The notes under the pieces were generated by a model. The model worked only from the letters and a program-made list of their open reading frames with translations, did no database searches and was not told the origin of the DNA. The position numbers and the translations under genes are program-made. 64,000 nucleotides of DNA from positions 774,758-838,757 of the forward strand of contig JALMLS010000064.1 of the NCBI GenBank assembly GCA_038496445.1, written 5' to 3'. The DNA comes from Trichosphaerium sp. ATCC 40318 (lineage: Eukaryota > Protista > Tubulinea). Positions 26,379 through 39,607 of the stretch are shown here, piece by piece; position 1 is the first letter of the stretch, and each line of letters starts with the position of its first letter.

Positions 26379-29300
26379 ATGGCGGTACGCACGTTAAAAT
26401 CTATTTACAAGATAAAATGACATCTAACGTTGCTAAAAAACACCTAGGATGTCTTGAATTTGTATGATACAACAACTATATTAGTTACACTAAGGGGGAG
26501 GGTTCAATTCGGTACAAGAAAGAGATTAGCTCGGACCTACAAGAATGTCTTTCTAGGTAACCCCAAATAAGCCCTATTCGCGTTTTTATGACAGATTTGC
26601 GCGCTTACAACGTCATAAGATGATGTTTTATGATGGTACCATTCTATTAACACGTGTTAGCATCCGACGCGATTAAAACTATAACACAAGCTTTCTCTAT
26701 TGATAATAGTCAGGCTTGTATTCTTCTTGATAGACTTCGGAAAGAAAGTAAGTGATATATTTTAGATACATTGTGTATTAATTTATTGGGTCTTTTATAG
26801 ATCGTATCGTATGTGCACATGAGAGCAAACGTCATTTTAGAAAGGGAAGCGGAAGTACACTTTGGAGAATTGCAGGTGAGGTAAGCACATACGCATGTGG
26901 ATGCCTTAAAAGGCGTTATTTGGTGTGGGTAGTTCGAAAATAATTTATTTTATTTTCTACATTTCACGTGATTTTACACGTGGTCTACAAAAGATAAATC
27001 AACCTTAAAAGAAGAATTCAAAAACGCCCCATAAAAGGCTTTTGTTGATGCTTTTCTGAACTGCTCTGTAGGGTACCAGAGTTAGAGCTGTAACAGTTTC
27101 TGATCAGATGGATTGGACTCATCATAAGCCACCAGCGCCCGCAACTGAAAAACTACGGTCGTCTACACCAAACAAAAAACTAAGCAGGAATAATGGAAAT
27201 TCGGATGTGACATCAGGATCACAATCTCCAAAGCAAAGAACAGAACGTCCAAAAACTAGCCGAAGAAGAAGAAGTGGCTCAGTTTCGAAAACAAGAAAAG
27301 TAACAACTCCTAAAGGAAGGCGGAGAGCACAGACTATCCTACCAAAACGAGTTGACGCTGGTTTGTCCAAAGGTAGCACATCGCAGTTTATGATAACAAA
27401 GTACTTAACTTCTTTTTTGCTCACAACTATTCACAGGTGATGCGCGCTACGCAATACGGTTCATACTACCGTTTCAGACAACCGCTGTTCTTTGCCAACC
27501 AACTGATACACTTCGACAAGTAATTGAGCGTACTATAGCAGGCAGGGACCAGACAAATCTTAGTGTAGATGACTACCATGTAACAACCCCAAATGGAAGA
27601 AAATTATCAATAGAGAAGCAAGTATCAAGCCTCAGCCTCTCAAAATCATGTACAATACGATGTTGCGAGCCAAAAGGTGTAGAAAAATTACAAGGCACTG
27701 TAAAATTCTCGAGGGCTAACAGTGCGCCTTTTGCGCGGCGAAATACGATGGACTCACCAAGACTATCTCCTAAGCTCCCTGTTAATGTACGTTATTGAAT
27801 TGAAAGTTTTTCTTTCTGCACGTTTTTTTTACAATGTTATAACTTGTGTACTAGCTTCCAGCTGGAAGTGGCGTTCAATCAATGATGACACCTAAGAAGC
27901 AAGGGAGCCTGCCATCTCTACAATCAATACACCAGCAAGTCAATATTTTTTTTCTATTATTGATGCATTAATAACGTTATAACAGCCGAATGCAAACACA
28001 AGCTTCACCGATAGATAAACCACGTGATACAAGACAATCAGTATTTTATGAAATAATAGAAACAGAAGAATCGTTCTTAAATGATCTTGACATTTGTATA
28101 ACAGTAAGCCTTTCTTTCAAAGAACATCTTGTTTTGTTAACATTATTTGATGACTTGTTTACTAGGCTTTCTATAAAGGATGCCTCTATCGTCCTGGTAT
28201 TCCAGAATCTTCAATACGAGGTATATTCCTAAACATTGAAGACTCTTTACTACTGAACTCTCGAAACCTTGTCCGAGAATTGAGAAAGTTGAACGCTACA
28301 GATCCATTTAAACAGAACATGTCAAAAGTCTTCTTGGAATCAAAGAAGATGCTTGATGACCTTCAGAAGTACTGTGCTAACTATCCATCTGCTAAAAAAG
28401 CAGCTGAAGAACTTGTAAAATCAAATAACACTTTCGGAAGATTTGTTGAAGAACAAACTGCAAATAATGGTGGTTTGACTCTAGATGACTTTCTCATTAA
28501 GCCAATGCAACGGTATGTTTATAAAACAATACTATTGGGTTTTGTACATTTGATGAATTTCGTTAACACGTGAATAGTATTTGTCGGTATCCGCTTTTAT
28601 TACGTGAACTCCAGAAAAACACAATAGAAGGCTCTCCAGATTTTGAAGTACGCAACCTACTTCTGGTGTTGGTGATACCGTTCCAACTAATTATAGGGTA
28701 TACCTAAAGCTCTTGAGATGGTAAAATCAGTGATCACAGGTGCAAATGAAGTGAAGAGGATTACGGACAGTTTGGCTAGGATTAATGAACTTAACTTTTC
28801 GTGGGAGAAACCTCAAGTACGCATATTGTAGAAATTGTCACGTGTTTGTGTTTTGTTGTTGTTGTTGGATCCGCTCGTACTGTTTTTTAAAACAGTACTG
28901 GTGGCTGCAGCTTTGAGTCTCAACGCAAAGACAAAACAAGTTCAACAATGTTTGTGTTTATGCTGATTATTTGATAGTACAAGGAAACGTTTGAGTCTAT
29001 TAGAAAAGTACACTCATTGGTTATAATTAAGGAAGGCTGGGTTAAAGATGATAAAAAGAGAAAGTTCTATTTATTTTTACTTAATCATGTCATCTTGGTA
29101 ACAAAGCCAAAGAGTACGTTGTAAACAAATTATTACAATTTTTTTTCGGGGTTAATTAAATCACGTGAGTGTTAACATACAATGTATTTTTAGGTAAGAA
29201 TCATGAAGTTTATAAAATACTACCAATGTCAACAATTGTTGTATGTAATATGCCTACAATGCCTTCAAGTAAAAGCGAAGACAATGGCATTAGATTGGTA

Positions 29301-29477
29301 TGACTTTTTCTTTGTTTTCGCCTTTTTTTCAGCGTTCAAATTCTACAGTGTAACTCTTGTTTCTTGGTTTTTATTCCTGTTTAGATGCTTACAGACACAA
29401 ATCTTAAACTTAATCTGAAATTTGATTCTACATTTGAATACAAAGACTGGCTTTCTATCCTACAAGCTTGTACATAA
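26379..29477 (+). CDS. RhoGEF with DEP, Ras-binding (ubiquitin-like), DH and PH domains, multi-exon
   Basis: DEP-like RKRLARTYKNVFLASDAI; RBD-like IRFILPFQTTAVLCQPTDTLRQVI; DH motifs EIIETEESFLNDL and LDDFLIKPMQRICRYPLLLRELQK; PH motifs IKEGWV, FYLFLLNHVILV. Confidence 0.85.
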
Positions 29478-29593
29478 ATAACTTATTTATCTCACTTTTT
29501 TCTTTGTTTTTTAATTCAGGGAAAGTTTGAGCAATTTGCCCAAAACAATGTTTGGATGCATGTACAAACGTCTATTGTATTGACAATACTATA

Positions 29594-30642
29594 TCACTCC
29601 CTGTTGATATTATTTTCACGCCATTTATAAATCATAGCTGAAAGCAGAACGAAGGCTCCTTGGACTAAATACAAGTCATACAAACTAACCATTACTTATG
29701 CATGCCATTAGTTGCTTCTTTGGCTGATGTCTCAAAGTATTCTATGTCATTTGCTTTGGCATACGCCTATACTGTGTTATCAGAGTAGACTGTCATTGTG
29801 TACCGCAGCAATATCAGAATCAACGACACACTCATCAAGGAGGTCACATTTGTTTCCAACAAGTAATATTGGGACATCTTCCTTTGCGTATATTGCCATT
29901 ATTTGTAGCCACTTACCCACATTTTCAAAAGTCTCCTGCTTTGTACTATCGTATACAATCATAACACCATCTGCGGCTTTGTAAACTTTGTTAGTATCTA
30001 TTCCACGAAATCTGTCTTAACTAACACAGTCAGTACAATCACGACAAAAACTAACCACATTCGAATGTCAGAACATTCTCTACTTCAAAAAACATGAAAA
30101 AAGCGTTCCCTTTAGTGCGCAGAGTTGTTCCCTTTCTTTTACTTTTGCATACCTATTTTCATGTCCCAGACTTGTAACTTAATTGCTCTATCATAAATTG
30201 ATATATTTTTAATACGCTACTTTTCAAATAATATGTGAGTAAAAACCACGTGACAATGATAACGAATTGTTTTGTACGGATAAGAGTTATGTTATATACG
30301 TAACCAACATACAAAGTCGAGCCAATTATATTGTGTAGATGTATCTTCAGCGAAGCTTAGAACCATACTACTCTTTCCAACTCTGTCATCTCCAGTAACA
30401 TAAATTTTAAAGAAACACTCACTACAGAGCAAGTCAACCGCGCAAAGGAATAAAGAATTTGTACTAGTCTCTGTTGGCTTCTTTAGTGATCTCTGGAAGG
30501 TGTAAACGATAAAAAAAGTATAGGCTACAAAACAGATTCTAGTGGATCAAAACAACACTTTTTTGAATAAAAAACTGCTGTTGGGAACGTTTTTAGGTTG
30601 TTTACCTTTGTCTTTTCCCCTTTTGCTGCTCGTATCACCCAT
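29594..30642 (-). CDS. Divergent Rab1/Rab8-like small GTPase with N-terminal MG...S motif and no C-terminal Cys
   Basis: RDYECFFKIYVTGDDRVGKSS (G1), IKLQVWD, VMIVYD, LLVGNKCDL (G4), YFETSAK (G5); starts MGDTSSKRGK; ends WRENNINRE*. Confidence 0.8.
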
Positions 30643-30868
30643 GTTGATAAGGTACAACTGAGTTAAGTGCTACGTACCACCATTCAAGGAAATTAAAACG
30701 ACTTTTCTTAAACTCAAAAAGAGTACGTGCAATGACATTTGTTATTATCAAAATCAAGGAAAATCTAGGTGACAGCACACGGAAATTTAACAAACACAAT
30801 TTTTTGTGAATAAGTCAAGCCATTTATTATTTGAACAGTATTGCTTCTATGGTTCTTTTTCAAGTTAC

Positions 30869-33632
30869 TTAGCAAGACTTGCCGTTTACTTTAACAATAT
30901 CACCAGAAAAGTGCATAGGAGCTCCGTGATCATGTCTCCAGATACACTTGAATACGATTTGGCGACCTGCCTTAACTGTTTGCAATTTGAACTAAAAAAA
31001 AGAAGAGTGAGAAACAATTAGTTAACTAAGACTTCAAAATTACCTGAGTGTCAGTTGATGAAATGCGACGAGCTCTAGAATTTGAACCCCAGCATATGTC
31101 TAAATTACCAGGACCATTCTGTTGGAGTGTAATTGAGCGTACATCTACCATAGTATCTATGGTAACAATAGCGATAGTACCAGTTCCCCAACCTACATAG
31201 TGATAAGTTGACTGAAAAAAAAAAGTGATGTTACCTCGTTCCTCGGAAATACTTGAGATAACGGCACAATTGCCTCCATTTGAAGGCTTTGTTGGTTTAG
31301 GTTGTGTTGGTTTAGGCTTTGTTGGTTTTGGTAGCGTTGGTTTAGGTAATGTTGGCTTTGGTAATGTTGGTTTTGGTAGTGTTGGTCTTGGTGGAGGTGG
31401 AGTGTTACCGTTACCGTTGATAATTTCTATTTGATCAATAAACACCTCAGTAGATCCCATAGGTTGGTTATTTTGGATCATAAGACCGTTGATTTCGCGA
31501 CCAGTAATACCCATCTGAGCAAAAGAAATCTCTACCTAAGCAACAAGTTAATATATGTAGTCCATCGAGATTAGTCATGTGTACCTTTTGGAATCCACCA
31601 GCTGTGGCTTCGCCCCAAACATGACCGCTTCCAATAATATTCTTACTCTGGTCTACGTAGGCGCCAACCTTTAGAGGGAAGGCAGTACTTGCAGAGATGT
31701 AAAAGCTAACTTTTGTTCCTTTCATGCAGTTAAAACCAGTAGGACATGTGATCTTCAATCCTGCCCATTCACCTGTTGGTGTCCACTAATATCATGGAAT
31801 AAGAAACACATTTAAGAGTCATAAGAGAGAGAACGTACTGAAACTGAGTTTTTACCACAGTATGGCGTTCCTAATCTTGTATCGATGACGGAACCCCAAC
31901 TTTGATCAGAAACAATACCAGAACGGAAAGAGTCATCGTAAACAACTTGACCTGTTGTACAAGTCAGAAAACAAGTTTCTATGCTTTGTGCAGCTGATAA
32001 ATACCCCTAGGTGCGCAAGGTGGCAATGGCTGTGGTGGAGGAGGTGGTGGTGGTAGAGCCTTTGTAGGTTTAACAGTAGGTCGTGAAGAACTTCCGTCAC
32101 ATTTCATGTAGGGGTCTAGCCAGTCAATTTGTGGATTTCTTCTGCCAGGCTGAATACTGTACATGTAGTCACCCCATCTTTCTCCAGCAGCCCACCATGT
32201 CCAGCCAATGAATATATCAGAGTTTGATTCAATAAAGCTACAAGCAAACTGTAAATACAAGAAACACAAAGCAATGTTGTAGAATATTGGATATGTTAAC
32301 GTACTTAAGAGCATGCTCAAGGCAAAGTTTACATTTTGCGTTTGGTCCAACTGCAAACTCGCCCAAAAAGGCGCGATGGCCGTTAGTTCTGGCCCAATTC
32401 GTAAAGGCTCGTAGTTGATCACCGCAGTTTGTGACTTCACATTCTGGGCTTGTGCCGGAGTGACCGCCACCAGGAGCGGATTTAGGATCGAAGTAGTTGT
32501 GAACTTCAATTGCATAGTTGTTTCCTGGGTCCCTGAAGTTTTCGAAAGCTGCAGCATTTCTACGAATTGATAGTTGAGTAAAGAGAAATTAATCAGACTG
32601 TTTCTCAATTATTTCTTACCCTGTATAGCTTTCTGTCCAAGAATGAGCACCAGACCACCAATTACCCGGTACAAGTACAAGATTCCTTGCACCTGTACTT
32701 CTGATACCGGCTGTGACACGCTCAGCCATGTTTTTCCAGTAGATAGTGTCACCCACGCTCTTAAGGTCGTGTGGTTCATTCATTAAACCCTAGTAATAGA
32801 TGAGTACGAGTCAAAAGAAGAGAGTAGATGGTTACACCAAAGAAAGGACGTACGAAGATGACTTTATCATTGTTCTTGTAGAGGTTAGCTAGAAGCTTCC
32901 ACAAGTCAATAAAATCTTGTTCTGAAGCCTCTGCGCCAGGTTTGCCGATAATATCTTTGTATGTACCTTTTTTGTTTTGATCGCTTGAATAGCGCAAGCT
33001 AGAGGACAAAAAGGTTAGCTTGAAAGCTTGGTTTTTAGACAGGTTTTTGAAAATACAAAAGGTTCATCTGGTTGTAATTCACGCACTAATTGTGTGGGTC
33101 TAGAATTACTTTGGCACCCTTAGAGGTCATCATAGAGACAGTAGCTTTCAAGTTATTGAAGTACTGTTGCTCAAATTCATTGACCGTTTTACCGAATCCA
33201 CGGGGTTGTTGCAATCTTTCCCATAAGAATGGAAGGCGAAAAACGCACATTCCCTAAGTGACCAATCAGTTCAAAAAAACATTGACGTGCGTATTGCTTT
33301 GGTTTTGTTACCTTAGACATGAAATAGTCAACAGCTGTTTCTGTAGGCCAAAACCTTCCGCTGGCGAACTCTAATTCACCGAGTTAGGAACCACCAAATG
33401 TAGAAAACTCTTGCTATATTTGTAGACGCAAGTGTACCTGGGCCAGCTAGGTTAACGCCTAAAAGGTGTTAGTTGAATTGAGTACAACGAAAAATAGGTA
33501 GAGTACGCACCATACATCTCTAGAGATGCTGAAGCATAGCACGCAAAGAGCACGAGGCTATTTACAAGTTAGTTTTTGTATTTCCTGTTGGGGTTTGTAG
33601 ATAAACGCGTACAGTGCAATTAATACGCGCAT
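30869..33632 (-). CDS. Secreted GH5 endoglucanase (GH5_5-like) with Pro linker, beta-sandwich module, PKPT linker and C-terminal CBM2-like module
   Basis: GVNLAG, FRLPFLWERLQ, ILDPHNY, GLMNEPH (acid/base), VPGNWWSGAHSW, FLGEFAVG (nucleophile), GWTWWAAG; ends VKVNGKSC*. Confidence 0.92.
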
Positions 33633-34249
33633 TATTAAGATGGTAAAAGTGTGAGCTTGTGTTGTTTGTGTCTAGCCAGAAATTAGGTTAAACAGGGATG
33701 GGTACAGTATACTCACTTGTTTTTGTGTTAAAAAGTGAAGGGGATCACAGTGGTTGTAATCCTTTGTGATTTCGTAGGAATTAAAAATTGGTCGTTTTCT
33801 CAGAAAAACACCTGACTGGAAAGTGACTTTGCTTTTAAACTCAAAAAGGTGAATTGGAAAACAAGCCAGCCTTGCGGCTGTACGAGAAGCCTTGGTTGTT
33901 TTTATTGACTTTCAGTTTACCAGTGTGACAAACTCTTCAAAATGTCACTCTATCTGAGCTTTAGATGAAACACATTCAAACTGCGTATGTGGAGAATGCG
34001 TTCAACATTTCGTGCAATGGAGGAACAATTGTCAAACACGGAAAATTGTTGGCAAGCCAAAACCAATGGATTTATGTACTTGTTTGTCAGGGGAACGATG
34101 TTCTTGTTCGAGGCTAATTTGTTTATCCTCTACCCCACATTTCACATAGAATCCTGTCCGTACATTTCAAATACCAGTAACCACATACTAACAAGGCGCA
34201 CGTTGTGGATAAAAATCGGATTCAAATCATAGGAAAACAGGGTTTTTTA

Positions 34250-34768
34250 TCACGTTTTTAGTTGGTTGCTACCAAGCATGTCACGTCTTTTATGGAGTAG
34301 CCACGATTTGTACCAATCACAACTATCCTCCCCCTCTCTCTTACCTTTTTTGTAAACCCTATGCTCACAAAACTGACCGTACGCATTCCAACGTTTATAA
34401 TCTCCTTCTCTTACACCATTTGTGTAAAAAATATTTTCTCTTAGTTGTCCATTTTTGAACCAATGTTTGTACTCTCCCTCCTTCTTATCATTGACGTAAA
34501 AACATTGTACCCATACTTGACCGTTCTTATGCCAACTCTTGTACTCTCCTTGTCGTTTGCCATTTTCAAAAAAACATTGTACAACCTCTTTTTTTCGTTC
34601 ACTTTTTCGAATCCAATTTCCATTTTTCTGTAACGAATGATTAAATCTTGTAGTCACTGCCGTTTGTTTACACAGCAAAGGCCATTTTATGTATATCTCA
34701 CAGCTGGAATCCATAATAAGGTGATGTATATCATAAGGAAGCTGTAGAAGCCCACAATCAGCCATCAT
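34250..34768 (-). CDS. Intronless MORN-variant (YwqK/MORN_2-type) repeat protein with F-box-like N-terminus
   Basis: Repeats of NGKRQGEYKSWHKNGQ, DKKEGEYKHWFKNGQ, GVREGDYKRWNAYGQ; N-terminal LLQLPYDIHHLI. Confidence 0.8.
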   Translation of the reverse strand: MMADCGLLQLPYDIHHLIMDSSCEIYIKWPLLCKQTAVTTRFNHSLQKNGNWIRKSERKKEVVQCFFENGKRQGEYKSWHKNGQVWVQCFYVNDKKEGEYKHWFKNGQLRENIFYTNGVREGDYKRWNAYGQFCEHRVYKKGKREGEDSCDWYKSWLLHKRRDMLGSNQLKT

Positions 34769-35377
34769 TCGTACGGGAAAACTGAAAAAAGGCCTGGTAG
34801 CGTTGTGTTAAGAGTTTCCCCACTTTTTTCGCAAGTGTTACGCGTATGAACAACGATGTGATAACCTCTTGATGTAGATGGGCGATTTGCTAACAATCAC
34901 GTGATTTAAATTGGTTGACTGCTATGCGTTCTTTCAGGCGGTAATGTCACTCTACCTCGTTTTCCGAGTTACAATCCTTGCTAGAGTTTAACTCAATCAA
35001 GCCTAGGGAACCTTACACAATTCCAGTGATTGTGCAAAGGGTTCGAATAGATTTAATCAATGGTACTGAACGCAATCAAGGCGACAATGCCATACGCGGT
35101 AGGACCGTAGCTTTACTCGGGACAAGAACCACATTCGCTTACAAAGTCAACCGCACGTGGCAAAAAATTCGAACAGAGATTCGAACAAACGCCAGAATAC
35201 ACCCGACCGTCATAATGCATTCCCATGATTTAAAAGAACTGTAATACCTCAGTGCTTGATAGGTAAACGGCTTACTTAAAAATACCGTTCAAGTTGAACA
35301 TCGTTCACATAAAAATACCGTTCACTTCGTTCGAAACGGCATTCAAACCAGCTCTACAACCAACAAAACAGCATCGA

Positions 35378-35887
35378 ATGCAAGTTAAATACACACTTGG
35401 TCCTTCTACGATAACAGAAGCTGGTAGAGGTATTTTTGCTGCTGAATTCATTCCAAAGGGCACTCTCGTGTGGAAATGGCGTCAAATAGACCACGTGATA
35501 TTTAGCGATGCTGAGCAGATGAATGACTTTCTAACTAACAAGCCAGACGAAGAAATACGAAGTATTCTGGAGCATACGTATGGTTTTCATGGGTTTGTGA
35601 TGTACGAGCTAGATGCTCATAAATATACAAACCATCACGCTACAGAATACAATGTTGGCCATAATCACGACCTCCCTCACGATGAGAAACTGTGGAAAAT
35701 ATTCGCATTGAAAGATATACAAGAGGGAGATGAATTTTTCGAAAATTATGCACGTGAGCTAGAAAAAAGCGGTCCTTCTTGGTGGCAGAAGCTTGTTGAC
35801 AAATATCGCGTTCCTTTTTTCGACGGGGATCTTCCCGTCGAGTTCAGGGCAGATGCTTCGCCGGCTACAGTAAAGTCAGTGTCGTAA
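35378..35887 (+). CDS. Intronless small SET-domain protein (bacterial-type architecture)
   Basis: S.I.EAGRGIFAAEFIPKGTLVW, KYTNHH, FALKDIQEGDEFFENY; no pre-SET or post-SET Cys domains. Confidence 0.85.
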   Translation: MQVKYTLGPSTITEAGRGIFAAEFIPKGTLVWKWRQIDHVIFSDAEQMNDFLTNKPDEEIRSILEHTYGFHGFVMYELDAHKYTNHHATEYNVGHNHDLPHDEKLWKIFALKDIQEGDEFFENYARELEKSGPSWWQKLVDKYRVPFFDGDLPVEFRADASPATVKSVS

Positions 35888-36668
35888 CGCCAAGACTGAG
35901 AAGACAAATTATAATCTAATACATAAGTTCCTCACTGAACCAAATCATGAAATTACGTACATTCTCATATAAACATTGTATAAATAATACTGCAGGAAAT
36001 AAAACTTAATCAAAACATAGCTGTTTTCGGTTACATTTTAAGTAACAAAGCCGTTTCTAACTGAGCAGCACGAAGCACTCCATTTGGTAGCGTCGGAGGC
36101 AGTCTAAGTTTGCGCTCGACATAATTAAATACGTTGACTTTTACGCGTTTTTTAGGCTTCTTTTAGGCTATCGTATTAAGGCAATATTCACACCATTGTA
36201 GGTATAGACTGCCATCAGACAAAGGGTGCTACAAACACATTGAAGTGGTACACGACACTAAACAAGCTCTACAACCATTCTAGTTAACTTTATATGTTCA
36301 AATACACGTACAAAGTGATAAAAAGAGGTTCAGGCAAGATATAAAAAAAATAGCACGTGATTGGATCAAACGTCAAAAAAACGTCATTACAGGCACATGT
36401 CCGCGCAAAAAAGTGACAAGCTAGGTAGCCATACACCTTTGTTTTGCCGCTAAAATTATCTAGGTTAAAAAGGCTTAATACTGGGCTTTCAACCACTCCA
36501 TGCATAGAAATTTTGATTTATAAGCGTGCAGGACTATATTTAATCAAAACAAAGTGGCTGGTGGATCTTTTTTGAAAAACTTCGAGTTCACTGAACCTGA
36601 AGAACCTTAAACCTAATTAGTGCGTACAGCGTCATCATATTTTCAACTCCGCTTCTGGTGTAACACAA

Positions 36669-38660
36669 ATGGCCGAACAAAATACTCCTACAGACAATAT
36701 AGAGAATGCTGAAGCATCAGAGGCAGCAATTGTTGAAAAAACAGATGAAAACGAACAAACCGATGCCGATAAGGAAGAAAAACAAGGTCTAATGTCTTTG
36801 GCTGGGTCTAAACTTCGAGCTGGCATTAAATCTACAACTAATGCGTTGCAAGCAATGAAAGCACTATCAGCAATGATAACAGACGATGGTACGCATGAAT
36901 ACAACGTCTTAGAGTATTAAAACACTTTTTCCTCCCTTAGATGACGCAGAAGGAAAATCGATAAAATACGTACTGGAGAAGAGTTTGGCTAAATTCGCGA
37001 AACTGAAGAAAAAAAAATTCAAAGCAAGTGACTTTGGAAGCCAACTGGACTCTTTAACAAAGCTATTGGTAGTTCTTTATGCAAAAAACAGAGCTCCTAA
37101 ATCAGATCGTATCGTTTTTACTCAAGAACAGCGTGATACTTACTTGGATTACATTCAAATTGCTTCATCTTCTTATATATCTACTGAGGATAAGTTTAAA
37201 GAGTCTTTGAAGGACTTTAGAACATTTAAAGAGCTGACAGTTCATTATTATCAAAAATCCTCTAAATGCGCAGACGGGGAGTTTCAACTTGCGTTTAATG
37301 TACTCAAACATGGTGAAGATGATGGCAAGACTACTTGGATTCTTACTATCAGAGGAACTGCACAGATTACAGATGTTGCAGCTGATTTGATAGCAGATTC
37401 TGTAGCATTGCCTAACGCAAAGGTAAACAAAAAGTTTATCCGTGGACATTTTGACACTATCTTTTTTTGCAATGTGTCAAATGACTGACTCATTTTTAGG
37501 GAAAGAAAACAAAATTGAAGGCACACAAAGGAGCTTTGATTTCAGCAAAGGCATTATTAAAGAAAGTAATGTTAGTACTAGACGATGACGTAAAGGTACC
37601 GGTCATTTTCTTTTTTACGGAAAAAAAATGAGTTAAAACAAAGCCCTCTGACTTTTTTTAAGGAAGGAGATAAACTAATTATTATGGGACATAGTCTTGG
37701 TGGTGGTGTATCTGCTGTTTTGAAATACTTGTTTTCCCTTGAAACGAAACGTATGTGTTAACTCTGCTGCCTATTTTTCTTTCTCTTTTTTTATCGTGCA
37801 ATCCTAAAGAAAAACGTCTTTATGTTGCTCCTAGTATAGAATGTTAATAAGATGTTTAACGCTTTGTTTTTAGCGATTTACAAAGATGCCAAGTGCTTTG
37901 TTTTTGCTCCAGCAGCTACTCTTTCAGGTCATCCAGAATTACATAAGGATATTACTTGTTTTGTGCGTCAAGATGACTTGGTTCCTCGCCTTTCTCTTGG
38001 TAATATGGAACATATATTTGAGCTCTATGATAATAACTGTTCAAACAGTGGTTGGATGTCGTACGTAGTACATAAAAACAAGAAACCCCAAAACAGCAAG
38101 ACAAGTTTCTCTATTTTTTGTAAACCACTTTATTAGCTTCTATGTTCTAAGAATTTTTTACGAATAGCAAGGCAATGTCATTTGGTAAAACGCTTGTGAA
38201 TGAAATGACAGAAGATAAACCTATGCCTCTTGATAATCTACGCCTTCCTGGAGAGACTGTATATCATCTATGGACAAGAAAAACATACGGTGATGATGGA
38301 GTGTATAACAGAGAAAACGGAGAGTTCAAGACTCTAGTATTTTCGACATCTTGTATTAAGGTACCTCCAACAAACCTTCAACATGCCAAGAAAAAAAGAA
38401 AGAAAACTGAAACAACAAAATGAGAAAAGCTATTGTACTGACGTTGACTTTTTAGGATCATTTTCTGAATGGGTTTACAAAGTCCATACTTCAATTTGAT
38501 GAACGTGGCGATGAAGACAGAAAGACAGGTAAATGGGGTGCTATAGGAAATACAGTTTCATCTATGATTGATGATCAAGGTAAGAAGAACAACGCAAAAC
38601 AAATAAAAGAAAAGGGAGATAAGGCAGAATCAAAAAAAAAATAAAGTGATTGTTCCCTGA
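36669..38660 (+). CDS. Class 3 lipase (DAG-lipase-like), multi-exon
   Basis: LTIRGTAQITDVAADL, AHKGAL, IMGHSLGGG (nucleophile), FAPAA, QDDLVPRLS, DHFLNGF (catalytic His). Confidence 0.88.
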
Positions 38661-38724
38661 AGCAAACTGCTTACCTTGGACAGCTTGGTGGGTTTTTGAA
38701 GATGGGTTTTTATTTATACAGTAT

Positions 38725-39607
38725 TTATAATTCAGACGCCAAGTCAGGCATCAAGTTTGGTGAATCTAAGCGACAAAGGACGTCAGTTCAGTTGAAGAAC
38801 AAAAATTAAAAAATCATGTTGAATTTTTTTTGTTACCTTCAAGCTCCACGTGCGCACAACATAATGTGAAACAGTCAACGTATGTTGGTGGTTCTATTGG
38901 TACGAAAGCCATCTAAATAGTAAGTTTCAAATTTAAACCTCATAGTGGTGACGTACTTCAATGCGACCTTCTTCATTGTTTTCGAAATTTATAGTAATTT
39001 CTCCCCAACTAGGTTCTGTAGCTTTGTTTCTTATCTGACAGCTATGTCCTGATGCAGTTTGTACAGGAAATGTCATTTCGAAATTGTTTGAGTTTGCTTC
39101 CTAACACTTCACTTTACATCGCGTTATACGCGTTCATACGTACGCAAGTTGTTATTTTCGCGGTAGTTGAGCGAATATCAACGCTCAGAGCTCCTCTGGT
39201 TAATATCTTTAATGTACAACGCTGTTCTTCACCAAGGTAAGCTGCTTGAACAAGCTGAGAGCCTGTAAAACGTTAATAACGCAATTGATGCATAAACCAT
39301 CACCTGGTTCGAATAATACTGCATACTGACTACCACAAGTATTATCATCTACTTCTGGTACCTGCACACCCTTTGGTACAACAGCAACGACGCCACCACT
39401 GACTTCCCAGCCTTTAATGCCCATGTCACCAGCGCCATTATCCCTTACAGCACAAGGCCTTGTCTCCATTTCGCACGGCGGGTTATCTAGGTCCCCATTG
39501 TACGAATGCTGTTCCATATCATCTGGGCACTGGTACAAGTCTCCTTTACACGCTAATAAAAGCGTAGCTATTATAAAGAGTATCTTACAAGCTCGTGCAG
39601 CGCACAT
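38725..39607 (-). CDS. Secreted or ER Cys-containing hypothetical protein, multi-exon
   Basis: Signal peptide KILFIIATLLLACKG; four GT-AG introns give an open frame ending DLASEL*. Confidence 0.55.

Noticed and set aside
35030-35060. GGTTCGAAT B-box-like motif suggesting a tRNA
   Set aside because: No T-stem, acceptor stem or cloverleaf could be built around it
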